A program made the translations under genes and the position numbers. Source: Candidatus Saccharimonadota bacterium (GTDB lineage Bacteria > Patescibacteriota > Saccharimonadia > Saccharimonadales > UBA4665). Taken from it: 64,000 bases of DNA. Below are positions 29,531 through 38,002 of the stretch, one piece after another (positions within the stretch are counted from its first letter, which is position 1; each line of letters opens with the position of its first letter). The notes below the pieces were generated by a model. It was not told the origin of the DNA and made no database searches. It was given only the letters and a program-made list of their open reading frames with translations. The DNA is taken from contig JARIHD010000041.1 of assembly GCA_029288425.1 (NCBI GenBank), positions 6,535-70,534 on the forward strand. Reading direction: 5' to 3'.

Positions 29531-29554
29531 TCGCGCCTCCAGAGGGAGACGCGA
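29531..29554 (-). terminator. possible terminator hairpin after the beta-lactamase-fold gene
   Basis: TCGCGCCTCC-AGAG-GGAGACGCGA. The single mismatch becomes a G-U pair in the minus-strand RNA. The T-run is weak. Confidence 0.35.
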
Positions 29555-29577
29555 CTTTTACAACAGAGTTTTGGCGA

Positions 29578-30591
29578 CTAGTAGAGCACGCGTTGCTCGG
29601 CTTGTGGCGCCTGGATGATACGCATCTGCGGCTGCTGGGTCGTCTTCTTTTTGTCGCCAGCGTAACGCAACGTGCTGCGCCCCATATCTTTGAGCGCCTG
29701 GTCTGCGGCAGGCGTAGCATCCGGCCTATCATAGGGCGACGTTGTAAAGAACGAATAGCCATAAGACTTTTGGGTATGCGTATTATAGATAATGCCGACG
29801 TCATGACGGTTGTTGCCGTCTACGTCATCCAAAATGCCTACTTTATTGACAAGGACAATGTCATCACTACCCGAAAGCTGGCTGCGCGTTCCCACGTCAG
29901 TAAAGATGTTGGTTTGCATCGCTTGTTTCATTAAGCTGGCGGGCGCATCCTGTTCTTTCATAAGTTGTTGAATGGTCCATAACGAATCAGCGGGCGTACT
30001 GTTACCCAGATAAAAACGATTGCTGTCGAGTGGCTGCAAGCGTGTGTTGTTTAACTGCGGTTCCTTTGCCCAGCGTTCGTTGACCGCTGCCGCACCGCCC
30101 AGGCCGCCGTTGACCAATACACGTACCGCTGTATTGCCGGACCTATTGAGCAGATCGTACACTACATCTTTGAGCTGGGCCTGCAGCGGCGCGCCCGGCT
30201 GGTCATATGTGCCATATCCTGCGCGTACATCACTTGCTTGCCAGGTCATGGTTTGCTCCATATTAAGCCTACCCGAACGCACATCTTCCAGTACGAGCAA
30301 CACGACCGGCAGTTTATTGATACTAGCCGCGAAATGCTGAGTATTCGTATTATGACTTACAAGCTTCTTGCCATTTTGCAGGTCGGTGATTTGCACACCA
30401 GTTAAAACCTGCTTGCTTTCGGCTTCGTGAATTGACTTGTTAACCAAATATTGCAAGATGATTTTTTTGATGAACGCACCTTCTGCATCGTTTTTCTGCC
30501 ACACTGTTTCCAGGGCCGAATCGGGCGTTTGCCTTACCTGCTGAATCTGAGAACTTGACGATTGCTGTATATTTGCGTATGGAGTAATCAT
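29578..30591 (-). CDS. class A beta-lactamase-fold serine hydrolase-like protein
   Basis: FAASINK (SxxK), SGN (SDN position), KVG (KTG position) followed by NRHDVGIIY. Confidence 0.8.
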   Translation of the reverse strand: MITPYANIQQSSSSQIQQVRQTPDSALETVWQKNDAEGAFIKKIILQYLVNKSIHEAESKQVLTGVQITDLQNGKKLVSHNTNTQHFAASINKLPVVLLVLEDVRSGRLNMEQTMTWQASDVRAGYGTYDQPGAPLQAQLKDVVYDLLNRSGNTAVRVLVNGGLGGAAAVNERWAKEPQLNNTRLQPLDSNRFYLGNSTPADSLWTIQQLMKEQDAPASLMKQAMQTNIFTDVGTRSQLSGSDDIVLVNKVGILDDVDGNNRHDVGIIYNTHTQKSYGYSFFTTSPYDRPDATPAADQALKDMGRSTLRYAGDKKKTTQQPQMRIIQAPQAEQRVLY

Positions 30592-30601
30592 TCCCTAAGA
30601 A

Positions 30602-30627
30602 TACAGCAGGCCGGATAGCCTGCTGTA
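30602..30627 (-). terminator. hairpin terminator after the ytxH-like gene
   Basis: Perfect 10-bp stem TACAGCAGGC-CGGATA-GCCTGCTGTA. T-rich but interrupted tail on the minus strand. Confidence 0.5.
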
Positions 30628-30647
30628 CTATTTCTTACTGGTTAACC

Positions 30648-31049
30648 TTATTTAGCGAGGTATTTTTTGAGATGTTCGAGCGCCTTATTGGCTTCGTCGA
30701 TAGCTTTTTTGAGATCTTTATCGTCTGCATCACCTTCATGGAGCGAACTCAGAAGCTGGCGGGCCTTTTCTTTGGCCGCAGTCACACGGTCGATAGCAAG
30801 CTGCAGGTCTTTTTGAGCGGTACCTTTCAAATTGGCCACTTTTTCTTTGGCTTCACCCAGCAGTTCGTTCATTTGGGTGTGCAGTTTTTTAAGTTGTTTT
30901 TCGGCTTCGGCCATACCGTGTTCGGCTGCCTGTTTGATATCCTGGCGGGTTTCTTTGCCGCTCTTTGGTGCGGTCAAAATACCAGCCACATACCCCGCGG
31001 CCGCGGCGATTAACGCACCCATTGCCCATCGTTTCGTCGACTTGCTCAT
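30648..31049 (-). CDS. YtxH-domain protein
   Basis: N-terminal TM with APKSGKETR, then helical/coiled-coil Lys/Glu-rich sequence. Confidence 0.8.
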   Translation of the reverse strand: MSKSTKRWAMGALIAAAAGYVAGILTAPKSGKETRQDIKQAAEHGMAEAEKQLKKLHTQMNELLGEAKEKVANLKGTAQKDLQLAIDRVTAAKEKARQLLSSLHEGDADDKDLKKAIDEANKALEHLKKYLAK

Positions 31050-31066
31050 AAAAACTCCTTTAAAAC

Positions 31067-31336
31067 TTAATCTTTCGAACGCTTGGCGTGCTTGCTTACC
31101 AAATCAAAAATGGAATGACCAAATTTGAGAACACTCATCGGCGTGACCACATTTTTAATGATTTCACCCACGTTTTCGGCGGACTGTACGACACGCTCGG
31201 CGCGGTCGGCCAAACCGCGCAACGTAGTAAGCAGCTGTATAACCATGGCTGCAATTATGATTGATAATATAAGAAAAATGGCGAGTGCGGCGCTTAGTAT
31301 CACCACGAGAATTTGTTGTGTTGTGCTTAAATCCAT
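31067..31336 (-). CDS. DUF948-like small membrane protein
   Basis: 89 aa. N-terminal TM followed by a helix (LTTLRGLADRAERVVQSAENV). Typically paired with YtxH. Confidence 0.65.
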   Translation of the reverse strand: MDLSTTQQILVVILSAALAIFLILSIIIAAMVIQLLTTLRGLADRAERVVQSAENVGEIIKNVVTPMSVLKFGHSIFDLVSKHAKRSKD

Positions 31337-31383
31337 AACTTAAAGTATACAGCAATCGAGCAATATCTGTGACCCCCTTATGC

Positions 31384-32286
31384 TTATTTGGCGAGCCGTT
31401 TTTGCAGATATGCGCGGAATTCATCGCCGATGTCTCTGCGCTTCAAGGCAAAATCGACCACTGTCTTGAGGTACTCCATGGTTGTTCCGGTGTCGTAGCG
31501 GGTATTATTTTTGATTTCACAGCCAAAAAATTGTTTGCCGTCTTTTAGCATGGGTTCGATAATACAATCCGTCAAATGGAATTCTTCGCCCGGCTTCAGG
31601 TTAGCCAGGCCTTTTTCGAGATACGGGAAAATATCAGGAGTTAGTAAGCTGCCACCAACGCTCGCAAAATTGGAAGGAGCAGCCACCCTGCCCGGCTTTT
31701 CTTTGATACCGGTCATTTTCAGCACATCATCACGGATCTGTTCGCCGCCCAAAATGCCATAACGGTCGAATTCCCCGTCATCGTAGATTTTGATGCAGGG
31801 GAAAATACCGCCACCCAGCTCTTCATACAGATCAATCATCTGCCTAAAACAGTTGGGCGTCGCAACCATCAAATCGTCGGCATAGGTGTAAATGAATGGC
31901 TCGTCGCCAATGAGATGTGCAGCATTCATAAGCGGCGTAGCCGTGCCGTACGGACCTTTTTGCCGGACATAGGCAAAATTGGCCAGATCGGAAATTTGCT
32001 CGACCTCTTCGATGTAGTGCGCTTTTTTGGGTCCGCCAGCACGCAGATTGTTTAGCAGGTCTTCATTGGGTGTGTCAAAATGATCTTCAATACTGCGTTT
32101 ACTATAGCCGGTCACGATAATAATATCTTTGATGCCGGCGGCCACCAATTCCTCGACAATAAACTGAATCACTGGCTTGTCGACGAGCGGCAGCATTTCT
32201 TTTGGCATAGCCTTGGTCTGTGGCAAAAAGCGCGTACCGAACCCGGCGGCGGCGATTACGGCTTTGGTTGGTCGTTTGCTAGTCAT
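31384..32286 (-). CDS. galU: UTP--glucose-1-phosphate uridylyltransferase
   Basis: KAVIAAAGFGTRFLPQTKAMPKEMLPLVDKPVIQ motif. Confidence 0.92.
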   Translation of the reverse strand: MTSKRPTKAVIAAAGFGTRFLPQTKAMPKEMLPLVDKPVIQFIVEELVAAGIKDIIIVTGYSKRSIEDHFDTPNEDLLNNLRAGGPKKAHYIEEVEQISDLANFAYVRQKGPYGTATPLMNAAHLIGDEPFIYTYADDLMVATPNCFRQMIDLYEELGGGIFPCIKIYDDGEFDRYGILGGEQIRDDVLKMTGIKEKPGRVAAPSNFASVGGSLLTPDIFPYLEKGLANLKPGEEFHLTDCIIEPMLKDGKQFFGCEIKNNTRYDTGTTMEYLKTVVDFALKRRDIGDEFRAYLQKRLAK

Positions 32287-32831
32287 GAACTTTCCTCCAG
32301 CTTTTTTAGCTTTTCGTAAGCCATCAGCACTGCAGCGGCGTCGGTCATTTTATCATGCATAGCGTTGTGCAACAGTTGACTTATCGATATGAGGTCGACG
32401 TCGATTTCCTCATGCTCATCGAGATGTAGATCCTTGGTCTGTAGCGTGCAGTCAGTGGCCAAAAAATAATGCCATGTAGCATTCATAAAGGCGTCTTTGG
32501 AGTGCGGGCCGAGATATTCGAGGCTTCCCGCAGCATAACCCGTTTCTTCCAGAAGTTCGCGCCGGACCGCCATTTCCGGATCTTCGCCCGGATCGACAAA
32601 TCCGCCCGGCAATTCTTCCATGACCTTTTCCGGACCAACCCGAAATTGCCTGGCCACGAGTACCTTTTTATCCTTAGTTACTGCGATGACCGAAGCAAAT
32701 TCCTGGTCTTCTGCGTGCATCGTACCATATACCACTTTTTGACCGTAATTGTCCAAAAATGTTTTTAAGACCATTACACGACGGTCAACTTTGCAGGTCG
32801 TTGTTGGTTCGATTCGTGTCCATGGCTTCAT
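32283..32831 (-). CDS. NUDIX hydrolase
   Basis: NUDIX box GGFVDPGEDPEMAVRRELLEETGY. 4-nt overlap with galU. Confidence 0.85.
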   Translation of the reverse strand: MKPWTRIEPTTTCKVDRRVMVLKTFLDNYGQKVVYGTMHAEDQEFASVIAVTKDKKVLVARQFRVGPEKVMEELPGGFVDPGEDPEMAVRRELLEETGYAAGSLEYLGPHSKDAFMNATWHYFLATDCTLQTKDLHLDEHEEIDVDLISISQLLHNAMHDKMTDAAAVLMAYEKLKKLEESS

Positions 32832-32875
32832 CTGAAATACCCTCTTTCCATTAAAGCCCCATTGTAGCGTCGAAG

Positions 32876-34363
32876 CTATAAGCCGAGCTGGGTTTTTATG
32901 ATTTGTTGCACGACGCCGGGATTGGCGCGGCCCTGGGTATGTTTCATGACCTGGCCAACCAAAAAACCGATTGCTTTCATTTCTCCAGCTTTAACGTCTT
33001 CGGCGGCCTTGGGATTTTCTTCGATGACTTTTGCCACGACTTTGGCAAGTTCGCCCTCATCGGACTCCTGAATGAGGTTGTGCTGTTTGGCAAAGTCCTC
33101 GATGTCTGCCACTTCCGGACCGGCGAGCAGTTTGGTGAGCAGGACCTTTGCATTCGACGAGCTGAGTTTATTAGTCTTGACCAGTTCAAATACCGCACGG
33201 TACATACGCAGGCGGTTTTGATTGGTGAGGTCGCCGTTTATGCGTGCTGTTTCGTCATTACGCAAAGGAATTTCCAAGTTCACAAACCAGTTCGCTAGAG
33301 CTTTAGCAAAGTCTTTTTGATCAATAACTTCCTCGATAAGCAGTAAGTAGCTGACTTCAGCACTATCGAGCTCCCCTTCGAGCAAACTGTCGGTCTGGGA
33401 TACATCCAAGCCAAGACCACTCAAACGTCGGCGCCATTCGTCGGGCATGACCGGCATTTCTCCGGCAACGGCGTCGATCAGAGCATCATCCAGTTCGATC
33501 GGGGGAAGATCGGGGTCTGGGAAATAGCGATAGTCATGCGCGTCTTCTTTGCTGCGCTGACTAAAGGTGACCTGCTTGGCATCATCCCATCCGCGGGTCT
33601 CCTGGATAATCTGCTCGCCCTTTTCCAGGCGCTCGATCTGTCGGTTTACCTCGTATTCGACCGCTTTTTCGACCGCTTTAAATGAGTTAAGGTTTTTGGT
33701 CTCGGTACGGGTACCCAGCACATCAGTCTTGCTGACACTGACGTTTACGTCAAAACGCATGTTGCCGTAGTACAAATTGCAATCCGACACGTCAGCATAG
33801 CGCATGCGTAGGTATAGTTCCTTGGCGTAGGCCTTGGCGTCAGCGGCAGTATGCATGTCTGGTTCGGAAACGATTTCGAGCAGCGGCGTACCGGCGCGGT
33901 TCAGGTCGACTAAACTGTAGTTTGTGCCCGCGGGATGTGTGCTTTTGCCTGCATCGGCTTCCAGGTGCGCTTCGTGGATGCGAATGGTTTTTTGTTCACC
34001 GTCGACATCGATCGTCAGTGACCCGCCCCGAATGATCGGATGTGTAAACTGCGTAATCTGGTAGCCGAGTGGCAGGTCGGGGTAAAAATAATGCTTGCGG
34101 TCGAAGGCACTGTATTTTTGTGGACGCGTACCAAGTGCAAAGGCCGCTTTGATGCCCAGGTGCACCGCCTCTTTGTTGAGGACCGGCAATGCGCCAGGCA
34201 AGCCAAAACAAATATGACTAATAAGCGTGTTGGGTGCGGCGTCGCGGGCATCATTGGCCACACCCGCAAATAGTTTGGTTTCGGTTTTGAACTGCACATG
34301 GCATTCAATACCGATAGTCACGGTATACTTCGCGCGTATTTCGGGGCTCACTTTACTTGCCAT
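32876..34363 (-). CDS. gatB: Asp/Glu-tRNA amidotransferase subunit B
   Basis: TIGIECHVQ, YFYPDLP, and a C-terminal GatB/YqeY domain. Confidence 0.95.
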   Translation of the reverse strand: MASKVSPEIRAKYTVTIGIECHVQFKTETKLFAGVANDARDAAPNTLISHICFGLPGALPVLNKEAVHLGIKAAFALGTRPQKYSAFDRKHYFYPDLPLGYQITQFTHPIIRGGSLTIDVDGEQKTIRIHEAHLEADAGKSTHPAGTNYSLVDLNRAGTPLLEIVSEPDMHTAADAKAYAKELYLRMRYADVSDCNLYYGNMRFDVNVSVSKTDVLGTRTETKNLNSFKAVEKAVEYEVNRQIERLEKGEQIIQETRGWDDAKQVTFSQRSKEDAHDYRYFPDPDLPPIELDDALIDAVAGEMPVMPDEWRRRLSGLGLDVSQTDSLLEGELDSAEVSYLLLIEEVIDQKDFAKALANWFVNLEIPLRNDETARINGDLTNQNRLRMYRAVFELVKTNKLSSSNAKVLLTKLLAGPEVADIEDFAKQHNLIQESDEGELAKVVAKVIEENPKAAEDVKAGEMKAIGFLVGQVMKHTQGRANPGVVQQIIKTQLGL

Positions 34364-34769
34364 CAGGAAATGCCCCCAGATCTTTGAGCGCTTGACGAAT
34401 ACCCACTAAAGCCTGCTTAATCTCTGATTCTTTAAGCTTGGTATCGGGTTCATTTTCGACTTTGGTGCGGAGCTTGTGGCCGAACCATACGGCTTCGTTA
34501 TTCGTGAGTTTACGCTGCGCTTTGGTTAGGCGTTCGCCCATGCTTTTGCCCGTAAAGCGGCTTTTTTTGAGGGCTTCGTCCAAAAGTTTATCGGCAGCAA
34601 TCAGCGCCTGCGGCCAAGTGGCTTTGTCGGCACACATTTTTTGCAGTTCGACCCAGTTTTCCTCAAAACGATTGGTTTTGAGTTTGCGCGGGCGGCGACG
34701 CAACACAATGAATGCCACAACCACTACCGTAAATAGCGCCACGGCGCCAATTATTATCATCTCGATCAT
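34353..34769 (-). CDS. small membrane protein embedded between gatA and gatB
   Basis: 138 aa. N-terminal TM (MIIIGAVALFTVVVVAFIVL) followed by RRRPRK. 4-nt overlap with gatA and 11-nt overlap with gatB. Confidence 0.65.
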   Translation of the reverse strand: MIEMIIIGAVALFTVVVVAFIVLRRRPRKLKTNRFEENWVELQKMCADKATWPQALIAADKLLDEALKKSRFTGKSMGERLTKAQRKLTNNEAVWFGHKLRTKVENEPDTKLKESEIKQALVGIRQALKDLGAFPDGK

Positions 34770-36184
34770 AGTAACTTCTCCGTAGCTTTAGCAATGCCCA
34801 GTAATTGCCGGTCCTGGCGTGCCGGGGCCATAATTTGCAGTCCGACAGGCAGACCATCGCTCATTCCGGCCGGTACGACAATCGCAGGAATACCAACCAG
34901 ACTTTGTGCGACCGTCATAATATCTGCCAAATACATATGCAGAGGATCGTCTGTGTTCTGACCAATTTTGAAGGCCGTCGTCGGAGCGGTCGGACCCACC
35001 AAAAAGTCAACTTGCTGGAATGCTTCTGCAAATTCGTTGATGAGTTTGGTACGAACCGTTTGCGCCTTGCGATAATAGGCGTCGTAATAACCACTACTGA
35101 GCACATAGGTACCGACCATGATGCGGCGCTTGGCTTCGGCGCCAAAGCCACTGGCGCGGGTTTTGGTGTAGCTTTCTTCCAGATTTTCGGCGTCGGGCGT
35201 GCTGTAAGCATATCGCTGGCCATCGTAACGGCTGAGGTTGCTGCTGATTTCAGCCGGCACCACTATATAGTAGACCGCCAAAGCCAAAGGGATTGACGGA
35301 ATGCTGACTTCAACCACATCAGCACCTGCAGCCTTGAGTGTCTCGACCGCTTTTTCGATTTGGGCGCGCACACCCGGCTCGACTCCTTCGGCCATGAACT
35401 CTTTGATGACGCCGATTTTTTTGCCCGTCACATCAGCCGGAAGGTCGGTATATGAAATAACGTCGCGGTCAATAGTCGTGCCGTCTAACGGATCTTTCCC
35501 GGCCATTACATCGACAACTACAGCCAAATCATCAACGGTGCGTGTGAGCGTGCCGATGGTGTCGGTGCTACTAGCCATTGCCACCACACCCGATCTAGAA
35601 ATAAGGCCGTACGTCGGCTTAAATCCAACCACACCCGAAAAACTAGCGGGCTGGCGGCTGGATCCGCCCGTATCGGTACCAAGCGCGAATGGCACCATAT
35701 CCAAAGCGACAGCTGCGGCCGAACCACCAGAAGAACCCCCAGGGACACGAGTAATATCGTGTGGATTTTTGGTAATCATAAAATCACTGTTTTCGGTGCT
35801 GCCGCCGTGGCCGAAGGCATCCAGGTTGGCTTTTGCGACGCAAATGGCGCCTGCTTCTTCTAGGCGGTTAATGGCCGTAGCCTGGTACGGTGCGTTGAAT
35901 CCTTTTAGAATATTGCTGGCAGCCGTGGTTTCCGCGCCAAACGCCAAAAAATTGTCCTTGGCGATAAATGGTACGCCAGCCAATGGGCCGACCGTTTCGC
36001 CGTTTTTGATAGCGGCGTCGATTGCAGCCGCACGGGCACGCGCACGCTCGGAGGTGATGGCAATAACGGCTTGGTAGTCACTTTTTTCGGCGATGGCTGC
36101 CAGCGCACGTTCAACCAGTTCGCTGGCAGTTAGTTCACCGGCGCGTACTTTGGCAACAATGTCAGCAATAGCAGGCCAGACCAT
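34766..36184 (-). CDS. gatA: Asp/Glu-tRNA amidotransferase subunit A
   Basis: Amidase signature GGSSGGSAAAVA. Confidence 0.95.
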   Translation of the reverse strand: MVWPAIADIVAKVRAGELTASELVERALAAIAEKSDYQAVIAITSERARARAAAIDAAIKNGETVGPLAGVPFIAKDNFLAFGAETTAASNILKGFNAPYQATAINRLEEAGAICVAKANLDAFGHGGSTENSDFMITKNPHDITRVPGGSSGGSAAAVALDMVPFALGTDTGGSSRQPASFSGVVGFKPTYGLISRSGVVAMASSTDTIGTLTRTVDDLAVVVDVMAGKDPLDGTTIDRDVISYTDLPADVTGKKIGVIKEFMAEGVEPGVRAQIEKAVETLKAAGADVVEVSIPSIPLALAVYYIVVPAEISSNLSRYDGQRYAYSTPDAENLEESYTKTRASGFGAEAKRRIMVGTYVLSSGYYDAYYRKAQTVRTKLINEFAEAFQQVDFLVGPTAPTTAFKIGQNTDDPLHMYLADIMTVAQSLVGIPAIVVPAGMSDGLPVGLQIMAPARQDRQLLGIAKATEKLL

Positions 36185-36477
36185 TATCCGAGCATCCTTT
36201 TGACTTTTATTTGGCCGTCTTGCGATTTTGGAGCAAGGCGCAAAAGGTCGTGCGGGCTCATACCGTAATCAATCACTTTATCCTCGCGCATCACGTTTTT
36301 AAGACCCGTTACCTGAGACGTCGGTTCGAGTCCGGCAACGTCCACCCCGTCCAACTGCGCCACGTAATCCAGCACAGCGCTCAGTTCTTTGCGGTACGTT
36401 TCGACTTCTTCGTCTGTCAGATCCAGACGGGCGAGTCGAGCCAATTTCAATACATCTTCTCGAGTGAGTTGCGTCAT
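36184..36477 (-). CDS. gatC: Asp/Glu-tRNA amidotransferase subunit C
   Basis: 97 aa. LARLARLDLTDEE motif. TAATG overlap with gatA. Confidence 0.9.
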   Translation of the reverse strand: MTQLTREDVLKLARLARLDLTDEEVETYRKELSAVLDYVAQLDGVDVAGLEPTSQVTGLKNVMREDKVIDYGMSPHDLLRLAPKSQDGQIKVKRMLG

Positions 36478-36499
36478 ATTTATCTAATGATACCAGATT

Positions 36500-37207
36500 T
36501 TAAGCGGCCTTCCCAATATCGCCCGCAAAAGGAACATTGGCATAATGTTCCTTATAGTCTTGCAAGTTGACCACTTCAGCTACATGAGTCGGGGTAGCGA
36601 TAAAACCACCCGGCAAGTCGAAGCCTAGTGCCACCCTGCCCAGGCCGATCTCTTCGGGAATGACAGCCGCCCCCAAGACTTCCCGCCGCTGCCCCTCTTT
36701 GATTCGTCCACCAGTTTGCGGCACAAACAATTGAAAGCCGCCTTCTACAGGCAAAGTCGTCCATTTACCTTCTTCGTCTTCATAGCGAATGGCGTCGAAT
36801 TTTTGGTCGTACTTTATGTCTAGTTCCTGTCTCGCGCGTGAAATAATTGCAGGATTACCGCCAAGCAGGGCAATAGCCCCGGTACGATTTACCCGCTTGA
36901 CTCCCCCCAGAAACACGGCGTTACGCTCCAAAGATCGACGTCCGGCATCCGCCATGGTCCATGCAATGGGCGAGACCTTAACACTCTCAGGAGGAAGTAC
37001 CTCACTTAAGTCACTCCAACCAACCAGAGGATTTTTCGCCAGCGTAATTTCGGCGTTAGGCTTTCGGCGTCCAAAACACCGATCAAGGACACTGCTTACA
37101 ATATAATAACCGGCCGCAGCACCCGCAGCCATAAAGCCGATGCGGACCCTTCTCCTCGCTCCATCAGGTGCATATGTTTCACCAGTATTTAATTTTTCTT
37201 TTTTCAT
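36500..37207 (-). CDS. hypothetical membrane-anchored protein (235 aa)
   Basis: Single N-terminal TM (IGFMAAGAAAGYYIVSSVL). No motif recognised. Confidence 0.65.
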   Translation of the reverse strand: MKKEKLNTGETYAPDGARRRVRIGFMAAGAAAGYYIVSSVLDRCFGRRKPNAEITLAKNPLVGWSDLSEVLPPESVKVSPIAWTMADAGRRSLERNAVFLGGVKRVNRTGAIALLGGNPAIISRARQELDIKYDQKFDAIRYEDEEGKWTTLPVEGGFQLFVPQTGGRIKEGQRREVLGAAVIPEEIGLGRVALGFDLPGGFIATPTHVAEVVNLQDYKEHYANVPFAGDIGKAA

Positions 37208-37351
37208 ACATGACCTCCGTAATTCCGATTGGAATGCCCAGACACGCGGTTAATTTCAACTTGGAATATATATTATAGGCTTATTTGGAAAATCGTAAAG
37301 CAAACGGCGGGACGGCGTAAGCGGGCCTATATTTCATTCCACCCACTACCG

Positions 37352-37993
37352 TTAGATATAGAACGCACCCGGCATGTCGCGCGCCACGTCAGCCTGCGCC
37401 ATAAGCGGTAATAATGCAGTGGCACCAGCGCGAGCCGGTATATACTTCTGCTCTTCTTGTAGCCAAAAACCAGGCATAGCCCGTAACTCGCCCGGACCCA
37501 TACGCATACCCAGCAACAGACTGTCAAAGTCGCTTTCGCGAGATGTAAAAAGCGGTTCGCCATTTGGCATAGCTCCAACATTAACCCTGCCGTCGCCCAC
37601 ACGAAATGCCATAGCCTCCCAGGCACCTGGCATTTCCCTATGTTGATCGCTATAGAGTCCTCGATATGTCGAGAAGAACCCGACTGGCCACTCATCCATA
37701 TCAAACTGTGAGGTGTTCGGATTGCCGGGAAAATGCGGCCATTTTGCCATGTCGGCGTCGGTCTCTATGTTTGACCACCAGGCTGCCTGGCGATATCTGC
37801 TGCCATCACCGCGCAGCACATCTCTGACAATGCCGTCCAGCCACCCCGCTTGAGCTGCTCCGTATAGTCCGCCCAAAGCACCGCCCGCGCCCAATACCGC
37901 GCCGATGCCGTATTTTAATGCATCGCGGCGGTTTGTTTTGCCACCATGTGTTACTGCTCCAGGTGCCGAATCCGGTCGTAATTGTTCGCTCAT
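37352..37993 (-). CDS. hypothetical protein with twin-arginine-like signal
   Basis: N-terminus ...KTNRRDALKYGIGAVLGAGGALGGLYGAAQA fits the S/T-RRxFLK motif plus an h-region. Start lies 9 nt after the uvrB stop. Confidence 0.65.
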   Translation of the reverse strand: MSEQLRPDSAPGAVTHGGKTNRRDALKYGIGAVLGAGGALGGLYGAAQAGWLDGIVRDVLRGDGSRYRQAAWWSNIETDADMAKWPHFPGNPNTSQFDMDEWPVGFFSTYRGLYSDQHREMPGAWEAMAFRVGDGRVNVGAMPNGEPLFTSRESDFDSLLLGMRMGPGELRAMPGFWLQEEQKYIPARAGATALLPLMAQADVARDMPGAFYI

Positions 37994-38002
37994 TCCACTC
38001 CT

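Noticed and set aside
35301-36077. 258-aa ORF antisense to gatA. Similar cases are 27795..28553 opposite dnaE, 8016..8630 opposite clpC, 14947..15540 opposite pepN, 51409..51966 opposite rpe/rpiB, and 56292..56855 opposite ppa.
   Set aside because: All are antisense to genes with clear catalytic motifs, Ser/Arg/Ala-rich, and lack independent signals. They are best explained by the codon-bias-driven absence of stop codons.
37208-37351. Largest intergenic gaps (also 49064..49183, 50790..50906, 61410..61515), scanned for tRNA, small RNA or riboswitch features.
   Set aside because: I saw no cloverleaf-compatible GTTCRANYC/T-loop or acceptor pairing, and no recognisable riboswitch core. They contain only promoter-like AT-rich boxes and SDs.
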